A stretch of DNA of 64,000 nt from Nitrospinales bacterium (GTDB taxonomy: Bacteria > Nitrospinota > Nitrospinia > Nitrospinales > VA-1). A program made the translations under genes and the position numbers. Where the stretch lies: NCBI GenBank assembly GCA_965262115.1, contig OZ253496.1:352001-416000 (forward strand). Reading direction: 5' to 3'. Positions 49,936 to 59,185 of the stretch are shown here, one piece after another; position 1 is the stretch's first letter, and every line of letters starts with the position of its first letter. Below the pieces are notes generated by a model. That model saw nothing but the letters and a program-made list of their open reading frames with translations. It ran no database searches and had not been told where the DNA came from.

Positions 49936-51179
49936 AAAACAGCCTTACCGTGAAGGCCATTTCCCTTTTCCAGAGCCTGGATTTTTTCACGCATTTTCCA
50001 TAAAAGTACCAGCCCCGGTAAAGCGGCAAAAAAGGTCACCAGGAAAAACAACAGCCAGCCAAACCCAGCCACCAGTTCCCCCGAAACGGGCCCGACATAC
50101 ACTCGGCCAAGAGAAGCTAAAGCCGATAACAGGGCAAATTGAGTTGCAGTAAAGTTATGGTGACATAATGTCATCAAGAAGGCCACAAAGGCCGCAGTTC
50201 CCATGCCCCCTGCCAGGTTTTCGAAGGCAATAGTGAAAACCAACATGGCATAATTCTTCCCCACCATAGCCAGAACCATGAATGACAAATTAGAAACGGC
50301 CTGCAAAATTCCAAAAAGTAAAAGAGAACGATAAAGACCCAGGTGGGCCATGAGCGCACCCCCAAACAGAGCCCCCACTATTGTTGCCGCGAGCCCCATC
50401 CCCTTGTTGATGGCACCCACTTCACCGACAGAAAATCCTACACCACGGATCAAAAAACTTGTGGTCAGGCTTCCCGCAAAAGCATCTCCCAGCTTATAGA
50501 GAACGATCAGGGCCAGCATCAGCCAGGCGCCATCCCGGGAAAAGAATTCGAGTAAAGGATCCCTAACAGCTTCCCTCATTGTCTTGGGTGGAGTTCCAGG
50601 ATCTTCCGGTTCGGGGCCCAGCCAGGCCGCCATCATACCTACAAACATCAGCCCAGCCATAATCATATACGTGGTACGCCATCCCAAAACTTCGGATAGA
50701 ATCAAAGCCAGCGCCCCGGAAACCAGCATCGCAATCCGGTAACCCGTTACCGAAACTGCTGCCCCGAATCCCCGTTCCTTTTCCCTCAGCACTTCTGTTC
50801 GGTAAGCATCAACGACAATATCCTGGGAGGACGAAGCAAAAGCCAAACCAAAGGCAAGAAAGGCAAGGACCCAAGGTACCTTGACAGGAGACACCATGCT
50901 CATGGCAAAAATCAAAATGAGCAATAGGGCTTGAAACACCCAAATCCAACCGCGTCTTCGTCCGAATAAAGGAACCGTAAATCGGTCAAGCAGTGGGGAC
51001 CAGAGAAACTTCAAGGTATACGGCAAACCCACTAAAGTGAACAGGCCAATAGTCTCAATATCGACCCCTTCCACCGTCAACCAAGCCTGCAAAGTTCCGC
51101 CTGATAACGCCAACGGAAGACCCGAGGAAAACCCTAAAAACAAAACAGTCGCTACCCTGACATTTAAAATAGAACCCAT
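49932..51179 (-). CDS. ampG: AmpG muropeptide MFS transporter
   Basis: LGFSSGLP, KFLWSPLLD, GRRRGW, SQDIVVDAYR, ATQFALLS. Confidence 0.94.
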   Translation of the reverse strand: MGSILNVRVATVLFLGFSSGLPLALSGGTLQAWLTVEGVDIETIGLFTLVGLPYTLKFLWSPLLDRFTVPLFGRRRGWIWVFQALLLILIFAMSMVSPVKVPWVLAFLAFGLAFASSSQDIVVDAYRTEVLREKERGFGAAVSVTGYRIAMLVSGALALILSEVLGWRTTYMIMAGLMFVGMMAAWLGPEPEDPGTPPKTMREAVRDPLLEFFSRDGAWLMLALIVLYKLGDAFAGSLTTSFLIRGVGFSVGEVGAINKGMGLAATIVGALFGGALMAHLGLYRSLLLFGILQAVSNLSFMVLAMVGKNYAMLVFTIAFENLAGGMGTAAFVAFLMTLCHHNFTATQFALLSALASLGRVYVGPVSGELVAGFGWLLFFLVTFFAALPGLVLLWKMREKIQALEKGNGLHGKAVL

Positions 51180-51889
51180 AATTATCTATATTTATCAAAT
51201 AGTTATGTATCAAATCATAATATATAACATTAAATTAAAGCCGGGCTATATCATTGCGACGCAAACCCCTTATAACATTAACGCTAAGGAGTTTCAGGTA
51301 TTTTACTTGGGAAGCAGAAACTAATTTTGCCAGTATGGACAATTGACATCTGGCAGCATCATTAACTAGAATTGACTTGCAGGGGTACAATCTTAACTTG
51401 GCCAATGATTTTAAATTCTTGTCCTGGATTCAGTTTGCAAGTGCGACTCACTTGTCGGTAGAAGGGCAAACTGCAATAATATCGCGGTTTTTCTCACCGC
51501 AAAAAGTAAGAGGAGCACCGGTGAGCGGTTACACACAGCGGAACAATAATACCAGATTGAAGCACTCATAAAAACAGGGCATGACCAGAAAAGGACCGCC
51601 CATGTACAATCAACTCTCATGAATAAAATCATCAGGAAATGGGGGCTCAATAAGACAAAAAGCTTTTCAAATGAAAAGCTTCGCTTAGCATGGTTCGTTA
51701 GAGGAGATCAACATCAACATAGGGTCGGTAGCTTTCTATTTAGAGCCGCGATTAATTGGTGATTACAGTTTAGAAAGTCCTGCCAATTGGGTTTTCGAGA
51801 TTATTCATCCAGACTCATCCAATAAAAACCGGAGATAGTCTATCGAAGTAACATTATCACAGAAGGATGATTCTCTAATTAGGCTTGTT

Positions 51890-51927
51890 TGATCATCCCC
51901 CGTGTCCAGAGTCACGGGGGATGATCA
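51890..51927. repeat. Perfect 15-bp inverted repeat (TG...CA), IS3-end-like
   Basis: TGATCATCCCCCGTG-8 nt-CACGGGGGATGATCA; 11/13 identical to the IS3 end TGATCTTCCCCTG. Confidence 0.7.
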
Positions 51928-52096
51928 GGTAACTTACCGTGGCAAAAAAGTCGATATAATTCCCCATGTAAAAGATGGTAATAAGTTCCCTAATATCATT
52001 CGAGTTCATTTTTACCCTGACCCGGAACGGCAGATCATCGTTGTTGGCCATTGCGGTGGGCATTTAGATAACTTTACCACAAAGGGACTGAATTAA
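51928..52096 (+). pseudogene. 3' remnant of a gene-cassette ORF
   Basis: YRGKKVDIIPHVK...IRVHFY...IVVGHCGGHL reads as a real C-terminal domain; cut by the palindrome and ends 1 bp before the attC. Confidence 0.55.
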
Positions 52097-52097
52097 C

Positions 52098-52198
52098 GTT
52101 TAACAAGGCAAATGCACTCGGACAGTTAAAAACGGCACAGCTTTCCGCTATGCTACAGCCACACTGCCTTTTGCTGCCGATGATTTGCAACGTTATAT
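52098..52198 (+). other. attC integron cassette recombination site
   Basis: GTTTAAC (RYYYAAC) ... GTTATAT (near GTTRRRY); AAATGCACTCGGACAG pairs with CTGCCGATGATTT with bulged bases; follows a stop codon and precedes GGAG + ATG. Confidence 0.75.
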
Positions 52199-52280
52199 TT
52201 CACTGGAGTATCGAAAATGGCTAAATCTGTAAAAATGCTTTTCGTTACTAATCCAGCTGATACTTTCCAGGCATTGATAC

Positions 52281-53180
52281 CTATTTGATCCCGAAATTTT
52301 CAGAGGCACCTTTTTCCGATATAACTTTTGACGCGCACCGGAATCCGACATTCTCAAAAAAATCATTAGGGCTGGCCTCGGTGCGGGTGAACGCATAGCG
52401 GTAAGCAGGCAAAAAATAATGCCCGGCCTTCTGGAACCCGTTTCCCCTTAACACTTTTAGTTCCTTGCCAAACTTGGGGTCCGATTTGGAATTTCCCGGG
52501 TAAGGAAGGTACCAGTCCTGAGTCCACTCCATAACATTGCCGGACAAACCATAAATTTTATAAGGGCTAACATCTTCGGGCCAGGCGGTGACCGGCGCTG
52601 TTTTGCGGTCTCCATCAATGCCTAGATTCGCCTTGCCTTTAACAAACTCCTTCCCCCATGGATACGGCAGGCCGTTTGGTCCTCGTGCTGACTTTTCCCA
52701 TTGCGCTTCGGTAGGAAGCTGTTTTCCTGCCCACATGCAATAGGACCAACCCTCCCACCAGGTGACCTGGGTGACAGGGTGTGAAGCCTGCTCTTCAGGA
52801 AAAACTCCGTCTACCCAATGGGCAGGCCGATCGGTGAACTGGGTGGCTTTTAGAAATCTTTGATACTCCTCATTGGTCACTTCATAACGGTCCATATAAA
52901 ACGGATCGAGAAACAGTTTCCTCTCCGGGTGCTGATCGAGATAAAGAGGTTTAACCGCGCCAATTTTTTTATGCGTACCCTCCGTATCAACCTTGTCCGT
53001 TCCCATGATAAATTCGCCGGAAGGAACCAAAACCATTTCTTTTTGATCCCTCTCGGAAACTTTTATCGGAGATAAAGGCCCCTCTTTATTTTCACAGTCG
53101 CAGGACCCGCATCCCGCAAGAAAAAACGAAAGCAATATGAAAACAGCTGGGGTATAGTAGCCAAACCAAAAACACCTCAC
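52281..53180 (-). CDS. Formylglycine-generating enzyme (SUMF1/FGE-sulfatase) family lipoprotein; start uncertain
   Basis: LAGC lipobox, FIMG, YEVTNEEY, LPTEAQWEKSARG, GNVMEW, VGFRC. Confidence 0.88.
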   Translation of the reverse strand: MRCFWFGYYTPAVFILLSFFLAGCGSCDCENKEGPLSPIKVSERDQKEMVLVPSGEFIMGTDKVDTEGTHKKIGAVKPLYLDQHPERKLFLDPFYMDRYEVTNEEYQRFLKATQFTDRPAHWVDGVFPEEQASHPVTQVTWWEGWSYCMWAGKQLPTEAQWEKSARGPNGLPYPWGKEFVKGKANLGIDGDRKTAPVTAWPEDVSPYKIYGLSGNVMEWTQDWYLPYPGNSKSDPKFGKELKVLRGNGFQKAGHYFLPAYRYAFTRTEASPNDFFENVGFRCASKVISEKGASENFGIK

Positions 53181-53199
53181 CGTGCAACCTCTCAAGCTC

Positions 53200-54354
53200 A
53201 TGAATAAAATAAAAACCATTATATTCATTTTTTTCGCAGGTGCGAACTTTATCCCGGTAGATACTACCAACGCTTTCCCTGTGTCCGAAAAGACTTCAGC
53301 GATGCCCTGGCCGCATATCCTGAAAACACAAACCTTCTCCCTCAATACCAGAAATATTAAAGTGCTGACCTCTCATGACCGGCATCTATGGATGGGAACC
53401 GGACTGGGAGTCATCCGCTATGACACCCGCACCAGCGAGAACTATGAAATCTATGACAATCAGAACCATTTACTCAGCAATGGAATTTTCGCCATTAGTT
53501 TTGATTCCGAAAACCGGCCCTGGGTCGGAAGCTACGGCGGCGGACTCAGCCACTTTGATGGAAAGGAATGGAACCATTACAACACCCCCGAAGGGTTGAA
53601 CGATGCCTTTGTCTACGATATCGAATTCGATAAAAAATCCCTGTGGCTCGCAACCTGGAGCGGCGTGAACCGGGTGACCGGGAACCCCGCATCAAGAAAG
53701 AACTGGCAAAGTTTTACTGTCGAAAATACCGATGGCGGCCTGATCGATAACTGGGTCTATGCCATCGAAATTGAACCGTCTGGAAAAGTCTGGTTCGGCA
53801 CCTAATCTGGCATCTCCTCACTTCATAACGGCAAATGGAAAGCCCTCAATCATCGGGATGGACTCGGAGCCCCTCACGAAAAGGTGAGACAGGAAAACCA
53901 GGGGGCCATGCCGCTCTTTCAAGGCCAGCATCATTCAGCCTCGCCTTCCATTCCCAATTTGCAAAGCTCCGACTATCGACCCAACTACGTGATTTCCATG
54001 TTACTCGACCAGAAAAACCGCTTGTGGATCGGAACCTGGGGTGGAGGCTTGAGCCTGCTGGATACCGATACCTTAACATTTCGCAATTTCACCGCGAAGG
54101 ATGGACTGCCGGGAAACTTCATCCTTTCATTGGAAGCAGACGGGTCAGGAGGACTATGGATCGGCACCAATGACGGTTTGAGCCGATTTGACGGAAAAAC
54201 CTTTCAAAATTTTTCAGCGATCAACGGATTAAAATCAAAATTTATATTCAGTATTGAAGCAACCTCCGACCATTCCCTCTGGATGGGCAGCAACCGCTCG
54301 CTGACCAGGATGATTCTAGACCCTGAAACCGGTATCCCGCTGAATATCAATTAA
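53200..54354 (+). pseudogene. Two-component-regulator (Reg_prop) beta-propeller protein with in-frame TAA at 53803-53805
   Basis: W(I/V)GTxGGGL and GLxxNx(V/I) repeats continue in the same frame across WFGT*SGIS. Confidence 0.8.
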
Positions 54355-54635
54355 AATTCCTCGTCATCAGGATCGTCCTCCACAAAGGCTTCATCCACCT
54401 GAGCCTGCTCGGCCTCATCCACCAGTGCCTTGATTTGTTCATAACCCGTTGCCAGCTTCTGAATATTGACCAATAAAGTTATCAATTCCGCATCCTTGCA
54501 TTCGCGCATTCCTGCCACAAGAGAACCCCGGTCGTCTTCTTCATATTTCTTATCCCATTTCTCAAAAACGCTGAGAATTTTGTTCTTACAATGAATCAAG
54601 TCATAAAAAAAGGTCTGAATTTCTATTTTTGGCAT
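54351..54635 (-). CDS. Hypothetical protein with acidic tail
   Basis: 94-aa ORF with AGGA RBS. Confidence 0.7.
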   Translation of the reverse strand: MPKIEIQTFFYDLIHCKNKILSVFEKWDKKYEEDDRGSLVAGMRECKDAELITLLVNIQKLATGYEQIKALVDEAEQAQVDEAFVEDDPDDEEF

Positions 54636-54832
54636 AACATTCCTAAATTAAAATATTGAACTGAGTTACACATTAAGAACCGATCTTTACACAAAGGACC
54701 CCAGAAAGGACCCACTAACTGCAAAGTCGTTCCGCTTTTTTATTTACACATTTTACAACCCTGATATTATAGGCGGAGTGCCTCCGCAGGCAAATAGCAA
54801 TATCTCCAACTTTAACTATTTTTTAGAGGCTT

Positions 54833-55315
54833 ATGTCAGAAGAAGACCGATTCAAAGACAACGAAAATGGCACCCTGATCGACACCAAGTATAACTTGAC
54901 CTGGACCAAGGAAGACAGCTATCAAATGCGCAACAAGTGGTGCTCCTGGAAAGGTGCCAACAATTATATAGACTGGCTCAACGAACAAAAATTTGCCGGC
55001 TACGATGACTGGAGACTGCCTAAAAGCCAGGAATGCAGAAACCTGTATGATCATGAATGCAAGAATACCGATTTTAATGGCGACATTGTTCATCTCGACT
55101 ATAAATTCCCTGAAGGCTGCGGCTCCACATACTGGTGCCAGGAAGAACATGGAACCAACGCCATGGCCTATAATTTTTACAGCGACCGGGCCTATCAGGT
55201 GAGGAAAAAAGCAAAGGATGAGGAAAACATGTGTTGCCGGGCTATCCGCACCTCCGGGCCAGCGGTGAAAAAGAGCGGTCGATTATCCAGCACGGGACGG
55301 TCACGAAAAGAGTAA
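54833..55315 (+). CDS. DUF1566 (Lcl C-terminal) domain protein
   Basis: RFKDNENGTLID...LTW...GYDDWRLP. Confidence 0.88.
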   Translation: MSEEDRFKDNENGTLIDTKYNLTWTKEDSYQMRNKWCSWKGANNYIDWLNEQKFAGYDDWRLPKSQECRNLYDHECKNTDFNGDIVHLDYKFPEGCGSTYWCQEEHGTNAMAYNFYSDRAYQVRKKAKDEENMCCRAIRTSGPAVKKSGRLSSTGRSRKE

Positions 55316-55335
55316 CCGGGCCCCGCCCGGTGGGA

Positions 55336-55392
55336 ACTAGCAATAACTCGTTGCGCCGAGAAAATGATTGCCCATAAAATAAACACAATGCT
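55336..55392 (+). repeat. Repeat family A copy 6
   Basis: ACTAGCAATAACTCGTTGCGCCGAGAAAA; adjacent TTCCCTCCCACGGGAGTGGG is the reverse complement of 23301-23320. Confidence 0.7.
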
Positions 55393-55526
55393 AATTCCCT
55401 CCCACGGGAGTGGGGCCGGGCCACGCCCGGTAGGAACAAGCTCTACGCCTTTGGCTGTCGCATTAAGGTTTCACCAGGCCCTTAACCGAATAATAACTCA
55501 GTATTGCATTCTGATAACACCTATTC

Positions 55527-56672
55527 ATGGCACACCATCGCGCGACTCGCGCTGAAATTGATCTGCAGGCCTTTCGCCACAATTTTCAAAACCTGAGAAA
55601 CTATCTAGCCCCTCAAATCCGTATCATGGCGGTCGTCAAAGCCGATGCTTACGGCCATGGCGCCATACCTTGTGCGCGGATCGCGGTTGACAGCGGCGCA
55701 GACTATCTCGGAGCCGGAGTGATTGAAGAAGGTATCGAGTTCAGGGAAAGTGGCCTTGATGCCCCTATCCTGATACTGGGTAGTATTTTCCCCGATGAGG
55801 CGAAAGATTTGGTCCGTCACGATCTTGCCACCATACTTTGCACCCTGCCCCTGGCCCAGGCTCTTTCAAAGGAAGCCAGAAAACAGGACAAAACAGTATC
55901 GGTTCACATCAAGGTGGACACCGGAATGAACCGTCTGGGAGTCTCTCCAGAAAATTTGCCCGGACTTCTGGATCAAATTTACAACTTACCAAATCTAAAA
56001 ATTGAAGGCATCTCCACCCATTTTTCCTCTGCCGATGATGAAGACCTTCCCATCACTCAGGCACAGCTAGAAAAATTTCAAACCGCCCTTGCTATTTTGC
56101 AAAAGCGAGGTGTGTCCGCACCGTTGCTCCATTGCGCCAACACTTCCGCCTTGTTCAAGTTTCCGGAAAGCCGTTTCAATATGGTCCGCCCGGGGCTCAT
56201 CCTTTATGGTGCTCTTCCCTCCCCGTCCCTGCAGGCGGTCCTCGACCGGGAAAAAAGACTGACTCCGTTTCAGCCAGTCATGCAGTGGAAAAGCCAGATC
56301 ATTCTGGTCAAGTCGATTGCCAAAGGCCAACCTGTCAGCTATTCAGGAAGTTTCACGACTCAAAGAAACAGCATCATCGCAACCCTGCCCATCGGTTATG
56401 CAGACGGACTCCACCGCAACCTGTCGAACAAAATGGAAGTCCTTATCCGAGGCAAGCGTGTGCCTCAAATTGGAAATATCTGCATGGATATGACGGTTAT
56501 CGATGTCACTAGGATTACTGATGTTCAGGCAGGAGATGAAGTCGTCTTGTTCGGAAGACAGGAAAACCAGGTGATATCGGTGGAGGAACTTGCAGTGAAA
56601 GGAGAAACCATTCCTTACGAAATTCTCTGCAATGTCGGCAAACGAGTACCTCGGGTTTATCTCAATGGATAA
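55527..56672 (+). CDS. alr: Alanine racemase
   Basis: AVVKADAYGHG, KVDTGMNRLG, RPGLILYG, IGYADG, CMD. Confidence 0.97.
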   Translation: MAHHRATRAEIDLQAFRHNFQNLRNYLAPQIRIMAVVKADAYGHGAIPCARIAVDSGADYLGAGVIEEGIEFRESGLDAPILILGSIFPDEAKDLVRHDLATILCTLPLAQALSKEARKQDKTVSVHIKVDTGMNRLGVSPENLPGLLDQIYNLPNLKIEGISTHFSSADDEDLPITQAQLEKFQTALAILQKRGVSAPLLHCANTSALFKFPESRFNMVRPGLILYGALPSPSLQAVLDREKRLTPFQPVMQWKSQIILVKSIAKGQPVSYSGSFTTQRNSIIATLPIGYADGLHRNLSNKMEVLIRGKRVPQIGNICMDMTVIDVTRITDVQAGDEVVLFGRQENQVISVEELAVKGETIPYEILCNVGKRVPRVYLNG

Positions 56673-57572
56673 TCAGTCCATTTTTAATTCGGAAAGATTC
56701 TTCACCCCATTCGACAAACAATACTGGCGGATTCCATCAATAACGTGAAGGGTGGAAGCCGGGTCGATAAAGTTGGCGGTTCCTATTTGCACCGCTTTGG
56801 CCCCCGCCAGTAAAAACTCCACTGCATCTTCACCGCCCGTTATTCCGCCAATCCCAATAACAGGAATTTTCACCGTCCGCACTGTCTGATATACCAGATT
56901 TAAGGCCAGGGGTTTGATGGCAGGCCCCGAAAGCCCCCCCGTTCTATTAGCCAAATGAGGCTTTCTGGTTTTCAAATCAATCGACATTCCCACAAAAGTA
57001 TTGCACACCGACAAAGCATCGGCTCCGGCATTTTCTGCGGCCTTGGCCAGCAAGGTGATATCCGTAACGTTGGGAGACAATTTGACAATCAAATACTTTC
57101 CCGTCACTTTTCTAACTGATGAGACCACTTCTTCCAAAACTTCCGGGTCGGAACTGAATTGCAAGCCTCCCTGTTCCACATTAGGACAGGAAACATTCAT
57201 CTCCAGAGCATCCAACCGTTCCACATTCGACAAGGCCTGGGCCATCTCTATATATTCCTGGGTAGTGTCGCCGAAAAAATTAACGATAATACGGGTGTTT
57301 AAATTTTCCAGCTGCGGGAGCTTCTCGGATAAAAAAACCTCCAGCCCGATATTCTCCAATCCTATTGCGTTGAGCATACCGGAAGAGGTTTCAATCACCC
57401 TAGGTACGGGGTTACCGGTTTTCGGTTTCAAAGAAAGCCCCTTTGTGGAAAACCCGCCCAGAGCATTCAAATCCACAAGCTCACGGTACTCCAAACCATA
57501 GCCAAAGGTTCCAGAAGCCGCAATGACCGGATTATTCAAACGCAAACTGCCTAAATTGACCGACAGATCCAT
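56673..57572 (-). CDS. pyrD: Dihydroorotate dehydrogenase (family 1B catalytic subunit)
   Basis: ASGTFGYG, NAIGLEN, NVSCPN, VKLSPNVTD, GGLSGPAIKP. Confidence 0.95.
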   Translation of the reverse strand: MDLSVNLGSLRLNNPVIAASGTFGYGLEYRELVDLNALGGFSTKGLSLKPKTGNPVPRVIETSSGMLNAIGLENIGLEVFLSEKLPQLENLNTRIIVNFFGDTTQEYIEMAQALSNVERLDALEMNVSCPNVEQGGLQFSSDPEVLEEVVSSVRKVTGKYLIVKLSPNVTDITLLAKAAENAGADALSVCNTFVGMSIDLKTRKPHLANRTGGLSGPAIKPLALNLVYQTVRTVKIPVIGIGGITGGEDAVEFLLAGAKAVQIGTANFIDPASTLHVIDGIRQYCLSNGVKNLSELKMD

Positions 57573-57593
57573 GGCGGACTCTTCCTTATCTTA

Positions 57594-57622
57594 TTGACAA
57601 TTAAGGACTTATCAGATATATT
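57594..57622 (+). promoter_or_regulatory. Sigma70-like promoter upstream of the SPOR gene
   Basis: TTGACA-17 bp-TATATT. Confidence 0.55.
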
Positions 57623-57752
57623 TTTCAATATATGAGGTGGACAGGGTTAAACACTCCCTGTGTTTTTATATCCTAACATTCGTAACTGGAGTTGTCCCCA
57701 ATAATTAAAACAGCAATATATTTATAAAACCATTTAACAGGGGCCCCCGATC

Positions 57753-58769
57753 ATGCTGGAAATTAAAGAACAGGAAACATTACCTTTCGAAGAGAACAAC
57801 CAACCTCCAGAAGAAATAAATAAATACAACAAACGAATTGATGACCTCATTGAAGACGCCGAAATTGAAGCAGAAATGGAAGCGGAAAAAAATATCAGGT
57901 CAAAAAATTCACGCATGTTTTCCATTTCCATGATCGGCATCGGACTGTTAGGACTGGTTTATTCCCAAGTCAATCATCAAACCCCTGTTACTCCGGTCGA
58001 ATCGGAAAAAGAAGCCCAAGCAAAAAAACCTGAAACCGCAGAAGAGAGTTTGGCCAAGCAGGTTCCTGTGGTAGAAGATGGGTCAAGCGGCTCCAATATA
58101 CCAATTGCGCAACCTTCCGGTCCGGTAACGCCTATAGTGGGACCCAATCCGTTCCTCACCCCGTCAAAAACCAAAAGTACACCAACAAGGGCAAAAGGCA
58201 CCAAGTCCCCGGCAAAGATTCAGCAAACAAAAAAAACAACTCAGGTAGATAAAGTATCCACAAGCGCTAAACCAAAATCCATATCTAAAAACACACCCTC
58301 GGTAACAAAAAGTGAAAGCTCAAGGTTCTATATTCAGGCGGGCGCGTTCGGCGTCAGGAAAAATGCTGAATCGCTTGTAAAACAACTTAAGGGCAAAGGT
58401 TTTTCACCCTCGATTCAGACGCGTTCGCAAAAATTAAATTGGCATGTTGTGACAGTTGGAAGCTTCACCAACAAAAAGGCTGGAAGCGGTACGTTAAAAG
58501 AACTGACCCGCAATGGATTCGAAGCCTCCTATTACAAAAGCAGCAAAAACTCCTTCAACCTCAAAGTCGGCCAATTCAAAAACCTTCAAGATGCTCAGAA
58601 AGTGCAGGATCGCCTGAGCATAAAGGGGTTTTTATCCGAATCGCACAAGGCGAATGTACCTGTTAAAACTTATATGGTGCAACTGGGAGTTTTCCCCAGC
58701 CGCGAAAAAGCTCGGCTCACCCAGGAAAAACTGGCCCGGGCAGGATATCCAAAAACATTCCTACGCTAA
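57753..58769 (+). CDS. SPOR domain membrane protein
   Basis: TM segment, P/T/K-rich linker, FYIQAGAF, VTVGSF, KVGQF, VQLGVF repeats. Confidence 0.9.
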   Translation: MLEIKEQETLPFEENNQPPEEINKYNKRIDDLIEDAEIEAEMEAEKNIRSKNSRMFSISMIGIGLLGLVYSQVNHQTPVTPVESEKEAQAKKPETAEESLAKQVPVVEDGSSGSNIPIAQPSGPVTPIVGPNPFLTPSKTKSTPTRAKGTKSPAKIQQTKKTTQVDKVSTSAKPKSISKNTPSVTKSESSRFYIQAGAFGVRKNAESLVKQLKGKGFSPSIQTRSQKLNWHVVTVGSFTNKKAGSGTLKELTRNGFEASYYKSSKNSFNLKVGQFKNLQDAQKVQDRLSIKGFLSESHKANVPVKTYMVQLGVFPSREKARLTQEKLARAGYPKTFLR

Positions 58770-58792
58770 CCTACCAGGCGTAGGGCCAGCGT

Positions 58793-58849
58793 GCAATATC
58801 TTTATCTTGCAAACAAATGTTTTCTCGGCACAAGGAGTCCTTGCCCAGT
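58793..58849 (-). repeat. Repeat family A copy 7
   Basis: Reverse complement ACTGGGCAAGGACTCCTTGTGCCGAGAAAAC...GATATTGC. Confidence 0.8.
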
Positions 58850-58978
58850 CAGCCCCCTGCTAAGGAGACCTTTGCATAACCCCGGATTACCCCTGCGGGG
58901 CACGAATTGATCTTCCCCTCTCATGAGGGGAGGCAAGGCGTAGCCGCGGAGGGGTGTGGATTATTTTTACGGAATTCA

Positions 58979-59020
58979 TAATCCAACCCTCCCCTGGCCC
59001 CTCCCTATGAAGGGAGGGGA
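58979..59020 (-). repeat. Repeat family C copy 4
   Basis: TAATCCAACCCTCCCCTGGCCCCTCCCTATGAAGGGAGGGGA. Confidence 0.8.
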
Positions 59021-59185
59021 AATTTCTGCTTCCGCATTTTCTACTTACGCAAAGGTCTCCCTCGGAGGGGAGAGGAACTTAATAGTTGAGGAGGACATCC
59101 ACCTACGGAAAAATATAACATGATCTTCCCCTGAATTGGTGGACACATCGAAAAGTGTGGATAATACACTTTTGGAGGTGTTTTT

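Noticed and set aside
53803..53805. Recoded stop (Sec/Pyl) in the propeller gene
   Set aside because: The codon is TAA, not TGA or TAG; a point mutation from GAA is simpler
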